Shown: positions 16,913 to 26,408, numbered from the stretch's first letter. The stretch: DNA of 38,686 bases from an uncultured Dehalococcoidales bacterium (GCA_964427105.1 CAYRSY010000004.1:1-38686), one strand, 5' to 3'. Translations and numbers: made by a program. Notes: generated from the sequence alone by a model not told the origin.

Positions 16913-17931
16913 TATGCTTCCTCCTTTCTTGTTATCAGATAGACAAAAAAAGGAGCGCCGATAAAGGCGGTTAAAATCCCTATGGGAATCTCGGTTTGCA
17001 GCAGGTTGCGCGAGACGTTATCCACGATAAGCATGAAGATAGCCCCGAACAGCATGCTGGCAGGCATAAGATATTTGTAGTTGTTGCCTACGAGCATTCT
17101 GGAAAGGTGGGGGATAACCAGTCCGACCCAGCCTATCATGCCGCTGACTGATACGCTGGCGGCGGTTACCAGCGTGGCGCAGATGATTATTATCAGGCGT
17201 ACCTTTGATGAATTTATTCCCATTGTGCGTGCTTCATCGTCGCCCAGTGTCAGCACGTTGATCCTCCAGCGCAGGAAAAACATGGGTACCAGCCCGATTG
17301 CCATGGGGATAAAGGCCATGAGAACTGTTTTTCTTGTCGCCCCCGAAAGACTGCCCATTAGCCAGTAGGTGATGGCGGGGAGCTGGTCGCCGGGGTCGGC
17401 TACGAGTTTGATGAAGGAGGTGGCGGCGGAAAAAAGAGAGCTGACCATAATGCCCGAAAGTACCAGCCCCAGTATTTTGTGCCCCCGCGCCCTTTTACTG
17501 ATGAGGTAAACTATGCTTACTGTCAACAGGCTGAAGAAAAAAGCGTAAAGCGTAATAGTAAAACTATTGGCGTTATTGAGTATGGCCAGCGCTGCGCCGA
17601 AAGCGGCGCCGGAAGTGGCTCCCAGGATGTCGGGAGCCGCCATAGGATTCTGGAAAATTCCCTGATATGAAGCTCCTGCAGATGACAGAGAACAGCCTAC
17701 CAGGCAGGCCAGCAGAACTCTTGGCAGCCGGACGTTGAAAAGGATTGTTTCCATCTGGTCTGTCCAGAACTGGTGAATGTCAAAGATTTTGGACAGAATA
17801 ATTCCGAAGAGTTGTGCCGGAGAAATGGGAAAACGTCCTATAAAAAAAGAGAGGACAACTGCAATAAATAGTATAATGCCCAGCCCCAATACGATTACCG
17901 TGTAAGAAACATGTTTTTTAGTTTTAAACAT
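16909..17931 (-). CDS. ABC transporter permease (FecCD/BtuC family)
   Basis: 340 aa and polytopic. The motifs LVGCSLSSAGASYQGIFQNPMAAPDILG and TLGDDEARTMGIN are typical of FecCD. Confidence 0.88.
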   Translation of the reverse strand: MFKTKKHVSYTVIVLGLGIILFIAVVLSFFIGRFPISPAQLFGIILSKIFDIHQFWTDQMETILFNVRLPRVLLACLVGCSLSSAGASYQGIFQNPMAAPDILGATSGAAFGAALAILNNANSFTITLYAFFFSLLTVSIVYLISKRARGHKILGLVLSGIMVSSLFSAATSFIKLVADPGDQLPAITYWLMGSLSGATRKTVLMAFIPMAIGLVPMFFLRWRINVLTLGDDEARTMGINSSKVRLIIIICATLVTAASVSVSGMIGWVGLVIPHLSRMLVGNNYKYLMPASMLFGAIFMLIVDNVSRNLLQTEIPIGILTAFIGAPFFVYLITRKEEAY

Positions 17932-18017
17932 ACCAATGCCTGGTTACCGGCTTGTATATCATTCCCTGCGGCAGATTGTAATTGCCATAATTCTTAAGGG
18001 CTTTCCCTGATAACGAT

Positions 18018-18046
18018 ATGTTACACGTGATATATCGTATTGTCAA
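18018..18046 (-). promoter_or_regulatory. Sigma70-like promoter of the ABC operon, TTGACA-N17-TAACAT
   Basis: On the minus strand, -35 is at 18046-18041 and -10 at 18023-18018. Confidence 0.4.
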
Positions 18047-18304
18047 GCAAAAAGATTGTATTTTGGCGGGATATTAAAAACGGGCGTTATTTATGAGAAA
18101 CGAGCGTGTCTTTCCTGTGGATTTCCTTACAGGAAAATGCTAATAACACAAGATGTTTGGAAATTTACGGAATGAAGCACGAATAAAAAAATTGTCTGGA
18201 ACTATTGCTGATCACTAAATGTAACGAGTCTCTGGTATTCACATTAGACGCCCGTAGCGCGGTATTTATTTTTGTGGGTTGACTATTTCAGATATCCTTT
18301 GTCG

Positions 18305-19159
18305 TCAGTTCGTCACATCCACCCGCAAATATGTGCTGAGGTATAACTCATCGTTGCCGTTCTTGTAAAGGTCGAACTCAATCTTTTTCCCTTCGCCGGC
18401 AGTATCGAAGCCGAAGGTAACCTCGTAGCTGCGTTCCTGTCCGTTTTCCAGCGTGACCTCTATTTCGTCTTGCTCCACGCCGTCTATCAGAGCATGCCCA
18501 TCTTCGAGAACAATATCTATGGTGTATGAGATGTCCTGTTTCTCATGATTAGTCAAAACAAGAGTGATCCGGCCTTCTTCTCCTGCCGATAGTTCTTGCG
18601 GATAGTCTGCCGCTTTGCCTTGCTCTCCCAGCAGATAAAGCTCTGAATAAGGCTGTGCGTTTTTTATACCGGTATAGACTGCTGCGCTGCCTGCCCCTAT
18701 GATGGACACAGCCAGCAGCGCTATTAAAAATTTATCTATCGATGCTACTGCCGGTTGTCTGTCTGCATACCTGAAAATTATCCTGTCTTCCTGGGGGAGA
18801 TCGCGGCGGCGCAGCCAGGCGAAGGCAAGAAGCAGGAGCGCAAGGCTTTCAAGTGTGATGAGCAGGGGATAGACATCTACGCTCCAGACATAATTTAACA
18901 GCAACCCGTCGAGTATCACCAGCACGATGGATAATGCCATGCTGTAGGCTAACCGTTCAACCTTGCCCAATCTTGTTTTCCCCGGGAAAAAGGCAGCCAT
19001 CAGGGCGTAGCCGGGAATGAACAGCAGGAACGGCACCCCCAGTATTATGCGGACAGCCATCCAGTCTGTGAAAACCACAGCGGGTATGAGCAGCAGGCTG
19101 AATATAATCGCCAGCGCCAGGTCGAGGTTGTATGTTAGCTTCAAAAATGCGCTCCGCAA
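18305..19159 (-). CDS. DUF1616-like membrane protein (archaeal/Chloroflexi envelope-glycosylation-associated); TTG start, start uncertain
   Basis: The N-terminal TM bundle (ILGVPFLLFIPGYALMAAFFP...ERLAYSMALSI) is followed by a soluble beta-rich C-terminal domain, matching my recollection of DUF1616. Confidence 0.55.
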   Translation of the reverse strand: MRSAFLKLTYNLDLALAIIFSLLLIPAVVFTDWMAVRIILGVPFLLFIPGYALMAAFFPGKTRLGKVERLAYSMALSIVLVILDGLLLNYVWSVDVYPLLITLESLALLLLAFAWLRRRDLPQEDRIIFRYADRQPAVASIDKFLIALLAVSIIGAGSAAVYTGIKNAQPYSELYLLGEQGKAADYPQELSAGEEGRITLVLTNHEKQDISYTIDIVLEDGHALIDGVEQDEIEVTLENGQERSYEVTFGFDTAGEGKKIEFDLYKNGNDELYLSTYLRVDVTN

Positions 19160-19270
19160 ATATTATAGCATCTTGCGCCAAAAGTATGGAAAGTCCTGAT
19201 ACTCACGGTGCTTGTTTACTGCTTTTGAACACGCTAAAGTTAGGCATGTTTGATACGATGCCTGATCTTT

Positions 19271-20644
19271 ATGAATAAAAACAATAGTCCGCCTTCTCGA
19301 ATATCATCTGCAGGAAGCCTCAATCTTTTAAGGCGTTTGTGGCGTGTATCCCTGTACTCAAATGCCTTCTATTTGCTGGCGGGCAACGGCATAGGGGCCG
19401 CTACGGGGTTTATTTTCTGGACGGTGGCCGCCCGTTTTTACTCTACAGGGGATGTCGGCATTATCTCGGCGGCTATTGCCGCGATGGGGCTGCTGGGCAG
19501 TATTTCGAATCTGGGGTTGGGTGTGGGCGTCGTCCGCTTTTTACCGAAGGATGACAAACAGGCTGCTTATCTTATAAATTTCTGTCTCACGATTGTCTTC
19601 CTGATATCTGCCGTTTCGGCTGTTGTTTTTCTGCTTGGCGCCGAGTTCTGGTCCCCAGGTCTTACGGCTTTCAGGCAGGATACAGGGCATTTCATCCTGT
19701 TTATCCTTTTTACTGTTTTCACAGCGATCGTAACAGTCGCGGATGGTGTTTTTGTTGCCCGCCGCCGCGCTGGTTTTACCATGGCGCGCGGACTTTCCAT
19801 GAATATTATTAAGGTGGTTCTGGTAATTGCCTTTATCGGGGCCTCGCAGGCTTACGGTATATTCACAGCCTGGGGCTCGGCTCTCAGCATCTCTCTTCTG
19901 CTGGGGCTGTTCTTTTTTCTGCCCCGCGTTATTCACGGCTTTTTACCCTCGCCTGATTTTGACTGGAGGGGCAAGAGCGAGATTATACGCTATTCTATCG
20001 TGAATAACGGGGCGGCGCTGTTGTCAGGGCTTCCCGGCCAGATTCTTCCCATCATGTTGCTCGGCAGGCTGGGGGCGGAAGCCAATGCTTTTTTCTATAT
20101 CGCATGGCAGATTATGGCTGCCATCTCAATGGTTCCCCAATCCATCTCAACCTCCCTGTTCGCCGAGGGGTGCCATGACGAAAAAGAGTTGTCATATAAT
20201 ATCTGGCGCAGTCTGGGGCTGGCGTTTGTCATCCTGGTTCCCGTGATAATAGTTTTACTGCTATTCTCTGCTCCGATTTTGCGCGTTTTCGGCGCGGAAT
20301 ATGCCGTGCATTCCACCCGATTGCTTCAGGTATTGGCTCTATCTCTTGTGCCGATGGCCGTCAACCAGCTTTATTTTTCGATATTACGCGTGCAGAAAAG
20401 ATTGAAGCTTCTCACTGCGCTTAATGGTGTTATAGCCTTGATAACGATAGGCGTTACTTATCCGCTGTTGCCTGTTATAGACACCCTGGGAGCTGGCATC
20501 GGATGGGTGGCAAGCCAGACGCTGGTGGCTATCTGGATCATCTTCGGGCAGGGACGGCTGCGTATAATACTGCGTGCGCTGGCATCGAAATGGAGCAAGG
20601 GCGCAATTCCGGCAGGCTGGAAACAGCGTATAGAGCCGAGTTGA
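19271..20644 (+). CDS. Oligo/polysaccharide flippase (Wzx-like, MOP superfamily)
   Basis: About 12-14 TM helices, of polysaccharide-biosynthesis-protein type, in a glycan-locus context. The ATG at 19271 is preferred over the TTG at 19250. Confidence 0.7.
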   Translation: MNKNNSPPSRISSAGSLNLLRRLWRVSLYSNAFYLLAGNGIGAATGFIFWTVAARFYSTGDVGIISAAIAAMGLLGSISNLGLGVGVVRFLPKDDKQAAYLINFCLTIVFLISAVSAVVFLLGAEFWSPGLTAFRQDTGHFILFILFTVFTAIVTVADGVFVARRRAGFTMARGLSMNIIKVVLVIAFIGASQAYGIFTAWGSALSISLLLGLFFFLPRVIHGFLPSPDFDWRGKSEIIRYSIVNNGAALLSGLPGQILPIMLLGRLGAEANAFFYIAWQIMAAISMVPQSISTSLFAEGCHDEKELSYNIWRSLGLAFVILVPVIIVLLLFSAPILRVFGAEYAVHSTRLLQVLALSLVPMAVNQLYFSILRVQKRLKLLTALNGVIALITIGVTYPLLPVIDTLGAGIGWVASQTLVAIWIIFGQGRLRIILRALASKWSKGAIPAGWKQRIEPS

Positions 20645-20647
20645 GAA

Positions 20648-21922
20648 ATGAAAGCAGACAGAATGAATAATATCTCTTTTGTGGCGCATGGCGGCCTGTG
20701 CACCGGCTGCGGCACATGCGTTTCTCTATGCCCTCATAACGCTATAGGTATGCACATAGACCGCAAGCGCGGGGTTTATCTGCCTCGTATAGATGAAATA
20801 CTCTGCAATAACTGCGGCATCTGTGTTAAGGCTTGCCCCGGTCATGAAGTGGATTTTTTTGCGTTGAACGAAGCTGTTTTCGGGCAACAGCCGGATGACA
20901 GGCTTATGGGGAATTATCTCGGCTGCTACACAGGCTATGCTGCAGATGCGAATGTCCGGTATAACTCATCATCAGGAGGCATGGCAAGCGCTCTACTGAT
21001 ATATGCCCTTGAGAATGGAATCATAAACGGCGCTCTGGTGACGCGCATGAATCCTGCGAAACCCCTTGAACCCCAGCCGTTCATCGCCCGCACCAGAGAG
21101 GATATATTATCCGCTTCCGGTTCCAAATATTGCCCTGTTCCGTCTGGCATCGCTCTGGCTGAGATACTCAAGGCAAAAGAGGGTGAAAAATTCGCAGTGG
21201 TGGGGTTGCCCTGCCATCTGCATGGATTGCGCAAAGCGGAGATGCTCAACAAAAAATTAAAGGAGCGGGTGGCGCTGAGGGTGGGACTGTTCTGTTCGAA
21301 TACCAATGTTTTCCAGATGACGGAGTACGTTATTGGGAAACAAAAGATAAAACCGGATCAGGTTTCAAAACTCGACTATCGCGGCAGCGGATGGCCGGGG
21401 AAAATGTGTATTCAACTTGGAGATAATACGGATAGAAAAATACCTTATGAAGAGTATATCAAGTATCACCAGTTTGGATTTTTTACTACTCGCCGTTGCA
21501 CGCTGTGCTGCGATCTGACCTCTGAATTTGCCGATGTTTCTTTTGGAGACGCCTGGCTGGAAAAGAGAAAGGACGAAAGCCAGCCTGGATTATCGCTGGC
21601 AATAGTGAGAAGTATCTGCGGTAGAAAAATATTTACCCGGGCTATTCAGGAGAAGGCTATCTGTGCAGCAGATTATGACCCTTCTCTGGCTTTGCGCTCT
21701 GCGGGTGACAAAAGGGCAAATCTGGCAGCCAGAATGAAGTTAAATAAACTGATCGGGAAAAAAACGCCTGAATATTGTGAAAAGACGACGAGGGCATCGT
21801 TACGCGCTTACCCGTATTATCTGGTTGTATATTTTAATTCGTGGGTTTCTTCATTGGCTTTTGTGAAAAAAACTATAGGAACGCTTCGTTGTATTGAGCA
21901 TATCATTATGCCTCACTATTAG
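20648..21922 (+). CDS. FrhB-like (coenzyme F420 hydrogenase/dehydrogenase beta subunit family) protein with N-terminal 2x[4Fe-4S] ferredoxin domain
   Basis: It has CTGCGTCVSLCP and CNNCGICVKACP, followed by FAVVGLPCHLHGLRK and DYRGSGWPG, which are typical of the FrhB N- and C-terminal domains. Confidence 0.7.
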   Translation: MKADRMNNISFVAHGGLCTGCGTCVSLCPHNAIGMHIDRKRGVYLPRIDEILCNNCGICVKACPGHEVDFFALNEAVFGQQPDDRLMGNYLGCYTGYAADANVRYNSSSGGMASALLIYALENGIINGALVTRMNPAKPLEPQPFIARTREDILSASGSKYCPVPSGIALAEILKAKEGEKFAVVGLPCHLHGLRKAEMLNKKLKERVALRVGLFCSNTNVFQMTEYVIGKQKIKPDQVSKLDYRGSGWPGKMCIQLGDNTDRKIPYEEYIKYHQFGFFTTRRCTLCCDLTSEFADVSFGDAWLEKRKDESQPGLSLAIVRSICGRKIFTRAIQEKAICAADYDPSLALRSAGDKRANLAARMKLNKLIGKKTPEYCEKTTRASLRAYPYYLVVYFNSWVSSLAFVKKTIGTLRCIEHIIMPHY

Positions 21923-23180
21923 TTTTGTAAAGATTAGCTACTAATTCACCAAATTCTAAAGCTAATTTGTTTGCATATTTGGAGTTTGTTTTTAATTCTT
22001 CTCTTATCAAGATACGGTTTGTCCATACATAATCCAGTTTTGATTTTAGTTTTGAAGCTATCTGGTCGGGATCACTCTCTATTCTTACTAAGCAATTCGA
22101 TTGTCCCATAGTTCCACTTATTACATCATCAAATTTTGTGCCATATGCCATTACCACTGTTGGTACAGATACTGAAGTTGAGGCAATAGCAGCATGCATG
22201 CGGCAACTAAAGAACATATCGCAATTGCTTATAATCCCTTTTATTTCTGACGCTGAATAAGAATCTGAAGTTATTTTTGTGTTCCCTGCATTCTTCATAC
22301 GGCGGATTATATTTTTTGCTGCGATAGCGTCAGCCGATTCTTTTGTATATGGATCTGCTGCAACATTTGGTATAAAACAAATAGTAACGTTGTATTTTTC
22401 AATAAGGTAATCGGCTGTATTCGCCATTAATTCGATGTATTTTTCTTTTTTTACTGAGCGTTTATGTATTTTGGGGAAAGCCCACCCACCCATTTCAATG
22501 CTTGGAGAAAACCCTATAAGAGGGTGTGCATCCTCTGCTATATTTTCTAATTGTAAAATTTTATTGGTATTTGCTGGTGAACTTGGTGGGAGGAGGAAGC
22601 CTAGGTCTGCCAATAATTTTATGCAGGGCTTATCTATTTTTATTTGCTGGATATATCCCAGGCTTTCCTTTCCCCTAATTGTGATAATGTTAAATTTGTT
22701 TAATATAGAACTAGTTGCTAATTTGCTAATAGGATTTTTATAAGGCCCAATTGATGCTGGTATTAATACTATTGGTTTTTTCAAAATTATCTTCGATAGC
22801 AGCGATACTACTAATCCTTGGATGACGAAAAAAATACCATATTGGCGGTCGTTAAATCCATCCATGTTAAGCGAGATCAAAATGTCATATGGGCTTTGTG
22901 ATTTCTTAGGGTGTGTAAAGCTACTAATTAGCGCTGCAAAAAGGTGGTATGAACTCAATAGAATCGAAGCCAGTAACGACTTTTTGCGTTTAATCCAAGG
23001 ATGTTGACAAACGATCACTCCATACTCTTCATAGATTTTATCGTTATCTGGTCGCGTACTCCAAATTGTAATCTCTGCAGATGGCATACTAGTTTTTATG
23101 CTCTTTATACATCCCGTTTGAACGGCAATACAACCTCGACTCATTGAACCAAGAGAATTTAGAAACAATATATTTGCCAT
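21906..23180 (-). CDS. Polysaccharide pyruvyl transferase family protein (CsaB/WcaK-like)
   Basis: SCRMHAAIASTSVSVPTVVMAYGTKF matches the conserved R-x-H-x-x-I...P...Y-x-x-K region. The ATG at 23180 lies 10 nt after GAGGAA. The gene is markedly AT-rich. Confidence 0.65.
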   Translation of the reverse strand: MANILFLNSLGSMSRGCIAVQTGCIKSIKTSMPSAEITIWSTRPDNDKIYEEYGVIVCQHPWIKRKKSLLASILLSSYHLFAALISSFTHPKKSQSPYDILISLNMDGFNDRQYGIFFVIQGLVVSLLSKIILKKPIVLIPASIGPYKNPISKLATSSILNKFNIITIRGKESLGYIQQIKIDKPCIKLLADLGFLLPPSSPANTNKILQLENIAEDAHPLIGFSPSIEMGGWAFPKIHKRSVKKEKYIELMANTADYLIEKYNVTICFIPNVAADPYTKESADAIAAKNIIRRMKNAGNTKITSDSYSASEIKGIISNCDMFFSCRMHAAIASTSVSVPTVVMAYGTKFDDVISGTMGQSNCLVRIESDPDQIASKLKSKLDYVWTNRILIREELKTNSKYANKLALEFGELVANLYKTNSEA

Positions 23181-23209
23181 ATGACGTGAATTCCTCATTT
23201 ATATTTTAG

Positions 23210-23935
23210 TTAGAGAATTGTTTTAATAACTACCTTTATTACTCCGAAAAATCCTCCCAGATCCCCACTGGAACCCATTCGCATCCCTATACCACAATCA
23301 TTTGATAAGATTGTATTTGGTGCCAAAGCGGTGTTCATGGAAAATGAATTACAGTAGCATGCCGGCCTCGCGTTTTCTCCCTGACCGATGCGCAGATCGC
23401 CAGTCCCGCTGCCAATCCGGTTGGTTTCAATCATCCATTGCGCCATGCCGCTATGCAGCAGCTGCAGGCAGACAGGAAAGGTGTAGCCCGTATCCGTTGA
23501 GCCAACCGCTTGCCATATCTGGCACAGGCTTATAGTTGTTTCTCCTGTGTCCACCCACAGATAAACCTCAAAATTGTTGGTAGTTCCAATATTAAATTGT
23601 CCTTCGGTCAGATCCACGACAATAATCTTGTCGCTGGTGCCTGTCAGATCAAAGGTCTTGCGTTCCACGCTGTTGACATAAAGTGTGCCGTAAAGATGCG
23701 CAGAACTGGTGGAATCAATCGTCAGCTGCAATCTGATGCCTGCTCTTTTCGCCTGCCAGCGGGCGTCGTTCGGCGCTGGTATAGCAAGGCTTGCGCTGTA
23801 ATCAGCCGTCTCTGGTTTAGCTGTAGCTGAAATAGTTTTGGTCGCAGCCTCCAGATCGCCGGAGTTCTGTATTTCAGGCGCGTATGACAGCACTTCTATT
23901 TTCTCCTGTGTGTCGGAATGATATTTGTCAGCCAT
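23210..23935 (-). CDS. Hypothetical protein, 241 aa, no TM or signal peptide, beta-rich; family not recognised
   Basis: The ORF is long, co-directional and tightly packed. Its ATG at 23935 lies 1 nt after the upstream TAA. Confidence 0.6.
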   Translation of the reverse strand: MADKYHSDTQEKIEVLSYAPEIQNSGDLEAATKTISATAKPETADYSASLAIPAPNDARWQAKRAGIRLQLTIDSTSSAHLYGTLYVNSVERKTFDLTGTSDKIIVVDLTEGQFNIGTTNNFEVYLWVDTGETTISLCQIWQAVGSTDTGYTFPVCLQLLHSGMAQWMIETNRIGSGTGDLRIGQGENARPACYCNSFSMNTALAPNTILSNDCGIGMRMGSSGDLGGFFGVIKVVIKTIL

Positions 23936-23936
23936 G

Positions 23937-24257
23937 TTATGCCCCCTGCCCTTCGTAGTCCAGCGTAAAAGCTGCATGGCCGGAGCCGTCTTTAACCATG
24001 AGCGTCAGGTTATGCCACTGGCGATCATAGTGAAACTCGGCGGTTTCACCCGCAGACAGCGTCGTTTCAGCTACCAGTTCGTGTGCGATACCGCCCTCTG
24101 CGGCGTAGCCCAGCAGCCGGTATTTAAGCGAGGCTGCTCCGTCTTTGTTCTTGAGCAGCATGGTTTTGGCTCCCAGATCCTGTGTTTTCCATTCCAGCGC
24201 AGCGGTGTATGATTCGGTACACACGCCGTTTTGTGTTCCCCTGTCTATTTTCCACAT
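23937..24257 (-). CDS. Hypothetical protein, 106 aa, soluble; family not recognised
   Basis: The ATG at 24257 is preceded by AAGGAGG at 8-nt spacing. It is translationally coupled to the next gene. Confidence 0.6.
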   Translation of the reverse strand: MWKIDRGTQNGVCTESYTAALEWKTQDLGAKTMLLKNKDGAASLKYRLLGYAAEGGIAHELVAETTLSAGETAEFHYDRQWHNLTLMVKDGSGHAAFTLDYEGQGA

Positions 24258-24334
24258 GTTTCTATCCTCCTTTAGAACAATAGTTCTATTGAGGAGTATA
24301 AGGGACAATGACGGCTTCTGGCAACAGGTATTTG

Positions 24335-25177
24335 TCATGTTGCCTGTTTCCTGCCTTCTATGAACAGATGTGTGGCCAGAGGCTCTGCAAGAGTGACATC
24401 GAGGGGATAACTGAGCGGCAATTTTTTATTTAAAGCTCCGGCAGCTACTTCAGCCAGATATGTGATTATGGGTATATGTAACCCGAAACAACGCCGGAAG
24501 ACTATTTCAAATCCCGCAGCTTTCAATGTGTCGGAAAAAGAAGTCATGCTGAATTGTCTGACATGCTGCGGCGATTTACCTCGCCTCCCTCTTCCCGCAG
24601 GCACGCTGAAAAGGGCTGTCCCTCCTGTCTTAAGAACCCTGTAACACTCTGCAGGGACGGCATCATCCTGTATATGCTCCAGTACGTCGGTGCAGATTAC
24701 ATAATCGAAGCTTCCTGATGGATAGGGCAGATTTCTCACATCCCCGCATGAGATCGCCGCTCCGGGAAGGCGGGTTTTTGCTTTGCTTACTTCATTGTCA
24801 GACATATCGATGCCGTGCAGTTCTCTTTCATGTGACGCCAGCTTGTCTAACAGCAGCCCGTCTCCGCATCCTACATCCAGAATTTTCCCGTGTCCCAGCC
24901 TGCTGGAGACTGTGGCATAACAATGTTCTATGCCGCTGCGGTTGCGCCTGAAGGTGTTGCCGGAACAGGGTTGCTGCGCGTAAAATGCCGCTGCATCGTT
25001 ATCTATGGCTTTTTGCATGCAATCGCCGCACATTCCCTGCAAGGCATAGCCCCAGTAAAACAGGCGCTTGCCACATTTTTTACATCGCAGCGAATAAGGA
25101 ATCCTGCGCATCCTGGCATAAGCCATGAACGGCAGAAAAACGATGAATTCTTCTAAACGACCTATTGTTTTCCACAT
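24335..25177 (-). CDS. Class I SAM-dependent methyltransferase with N-terminal zinc ribbon
   Basis: CKKCGKRL...CGDCMQ is followed by ILDVGCGDGLLL...LHGIDMS...FDYVICTDVLEHI. Confidence 0.8.
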   Translation of the reverse strand: MWKTIGRLEEFIVFLPFMAYARMRRIPYSLRCKKCGKRLFYWGYALQGMCGDCMQKAIDNDAAAFYAQQPCSGNTFRRNRSGIEHCYATVSSRLGHGKILDVGCGDGLLLDKLASHERELHGIDMSDNEVSKAKTRLPGAAISCGDVRNLPYPSGSFDYVICTDVLEHIQDDAVPAECYRVLKTGGTALFSVPAGRGRRGKSPQHVRQFSMTSFSDTLKAAGFEIVFRRCFGLHIPIITYLAEVAAGALNKKLPLSYPLDVTLAEPLATHLFIEGRKQAT

Positions 25178-25187
25178 ATGCTGCTCG

Positions 25188-26408
25188 TTATTCGCTTAAT
25201 CCATACACGCTTGAAATCCTGTGGCTCACACGCTCCCAGCTGAATTTATCCTTTGCCAGTTGTCTGCCGTTTTGTCCCATACGCAGTCTTTCTTCGGGAT
25301 GCGCCAGCAAATACCCGAATTTGCCGGCCAGCGCCGCGGCATCGACGGGCTTCACCAGAAAGCCGTTCCAGCCGTTCTGTATCTGCTCGGGAACGCCGCC
25401 CACAGCAGTTGCGATAACGGGTTTGGCGCATGACATGGCCTGCAGCGTTACCGCCGGAGAGGATTCCGCCAGCGAAGGCAGCGCAAAAATGTCGCAGGAC
25501 TGGAATAATGCTATTAACTCTTCACCGGATACCTCTCCGGTAAGCTTTACATTTTCTTCCAGCCGCGAGTCTTTTATAATCCTTTTTACCGCATCGATAT
25601 ATTGCCGGTGCTCCAGATTATCCAGCCCGTGCTGCGCCAGCGGCCCTGCCAGCAGGAATAACGTGTCTTTGTATCCCATATCGTTCACCACTATGTCCGC
25701 CGCTTTCACCAGATGTATGATGCCCTTGTACGGCACGATGCGTCCGGCAAACAGGATGATCTTTCGTCCATCCATCCCGTATTTCTGCTTTAACTGCGGG
25801 TCTTCTTTTGCGGGCTGATATACGGCGGTATCCACCCCCGATGAAACCACCCTGATTTTTGACTGGGATATCTTTGCGGCCGCCCTGATTTTACTGCGGG
25901 CGTATTCTGACTGTACGATGACGCGTCCGACACGCCGCATGAGAAAACAGTCCATTCTGATAGACAGCCTGTCCAGCGCACCGGGAGCTTCCATCGCCCA
26001 GACAGGAGAATGTACGGTATAGACCATGCGCTTGCGAAGTCCGCGCTTGAATATCACCAGCACCAGCCCGATGATGGTCACATGTATATGGATGATATCG
26101 TAGCGGGTTTTCCTGATATGCCGTCCGGCTTCCAGAGCGAAACGCACCAGCGGCAGTTTGCTGCGGATATAATTCAGGAGTATTGGTCCTGATTTAAAAA
26201 CCTGCTTTTTAGTTGGCACCCGTATAAATCCGGCTACCTCTATTGTCTCTTTTGCTGGCTCAATATCCGATTCTCTTATATCGAAGATGGTTACATCGTT
26301 ACCTGAATGCGCCAGCCCGCGGGATGTCTCGAATATATAGCGCTCGATACCGCCGTAATTCCCAGGCGGTATCCTGATGCTTCCGGTTCCTACCTGCAAT
26401 ACTTTCAT
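25188..26408 (-). CDS. Glycosyltransferase family 4 (GT-B fold)
   Basis: MKVLQVGTGSIRIPPGNYGGIERY at the N-terminus, and the C-terminal FALPSLAESSPAVTLQAMSCAKPVIATAVGGVPE (E-x7-E region). Confidence 0.85.
   Translation of the reverse strand: MKVLQVGTGSIRIPPGNYGGIERYIFETSRGLAHSGNDVTIFDIRESDIEPAKETIEVAGFIRVPTKKQVFKSGPILLNYIRSKLPLVRFALEAGRHIRKTRYDIIHIHVTIIGLVLVIFKRGLRKRMVYTVHSPVWAMEAPGALDRLSIRMDCFLMRRVGRVIVQSEYARSKIRAAAKISQSKIRVVSSGVDTAVYQPAKEDPQLKQKYGMDGRKIILFAGRIVPYKGIIHLVKAADIVVNDMGYKDTLFLLAGPLAQHGLDNLEHRQYIDAVKRIIKDSRLEENVKLTGEVSGEELIALFQSCDIFALPSLAESSPAVTLQAMSCAKPVIATAVGGVPEQIQNGWNGFLVKPVDAAALAGKFGYLLAHPEERLRMGQNGRQLAKDKFSWERVSHRISSVYGLSE

Noticed and set aside
17932-18018. Cobalamin riboswitch upstream of the Btu/Fec-type ABC operon
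   Set aside because: The leader from the predicted -10 to the ATG is only about 85 nt. I could not find a B12 box (AGYCMGGAGACCKGCC-like). AGCCGGTAACCAGGCA is only a superficial resemblance. It should still be checked with Rfam RF00174.
25165-25818. 217-aa ORF antisense to the GT4 gene
   Set aside because: It is a shadow ORF, Ser/Cys/Pro-rich, with no motif. The opposite strand has clear GT4 signatures.
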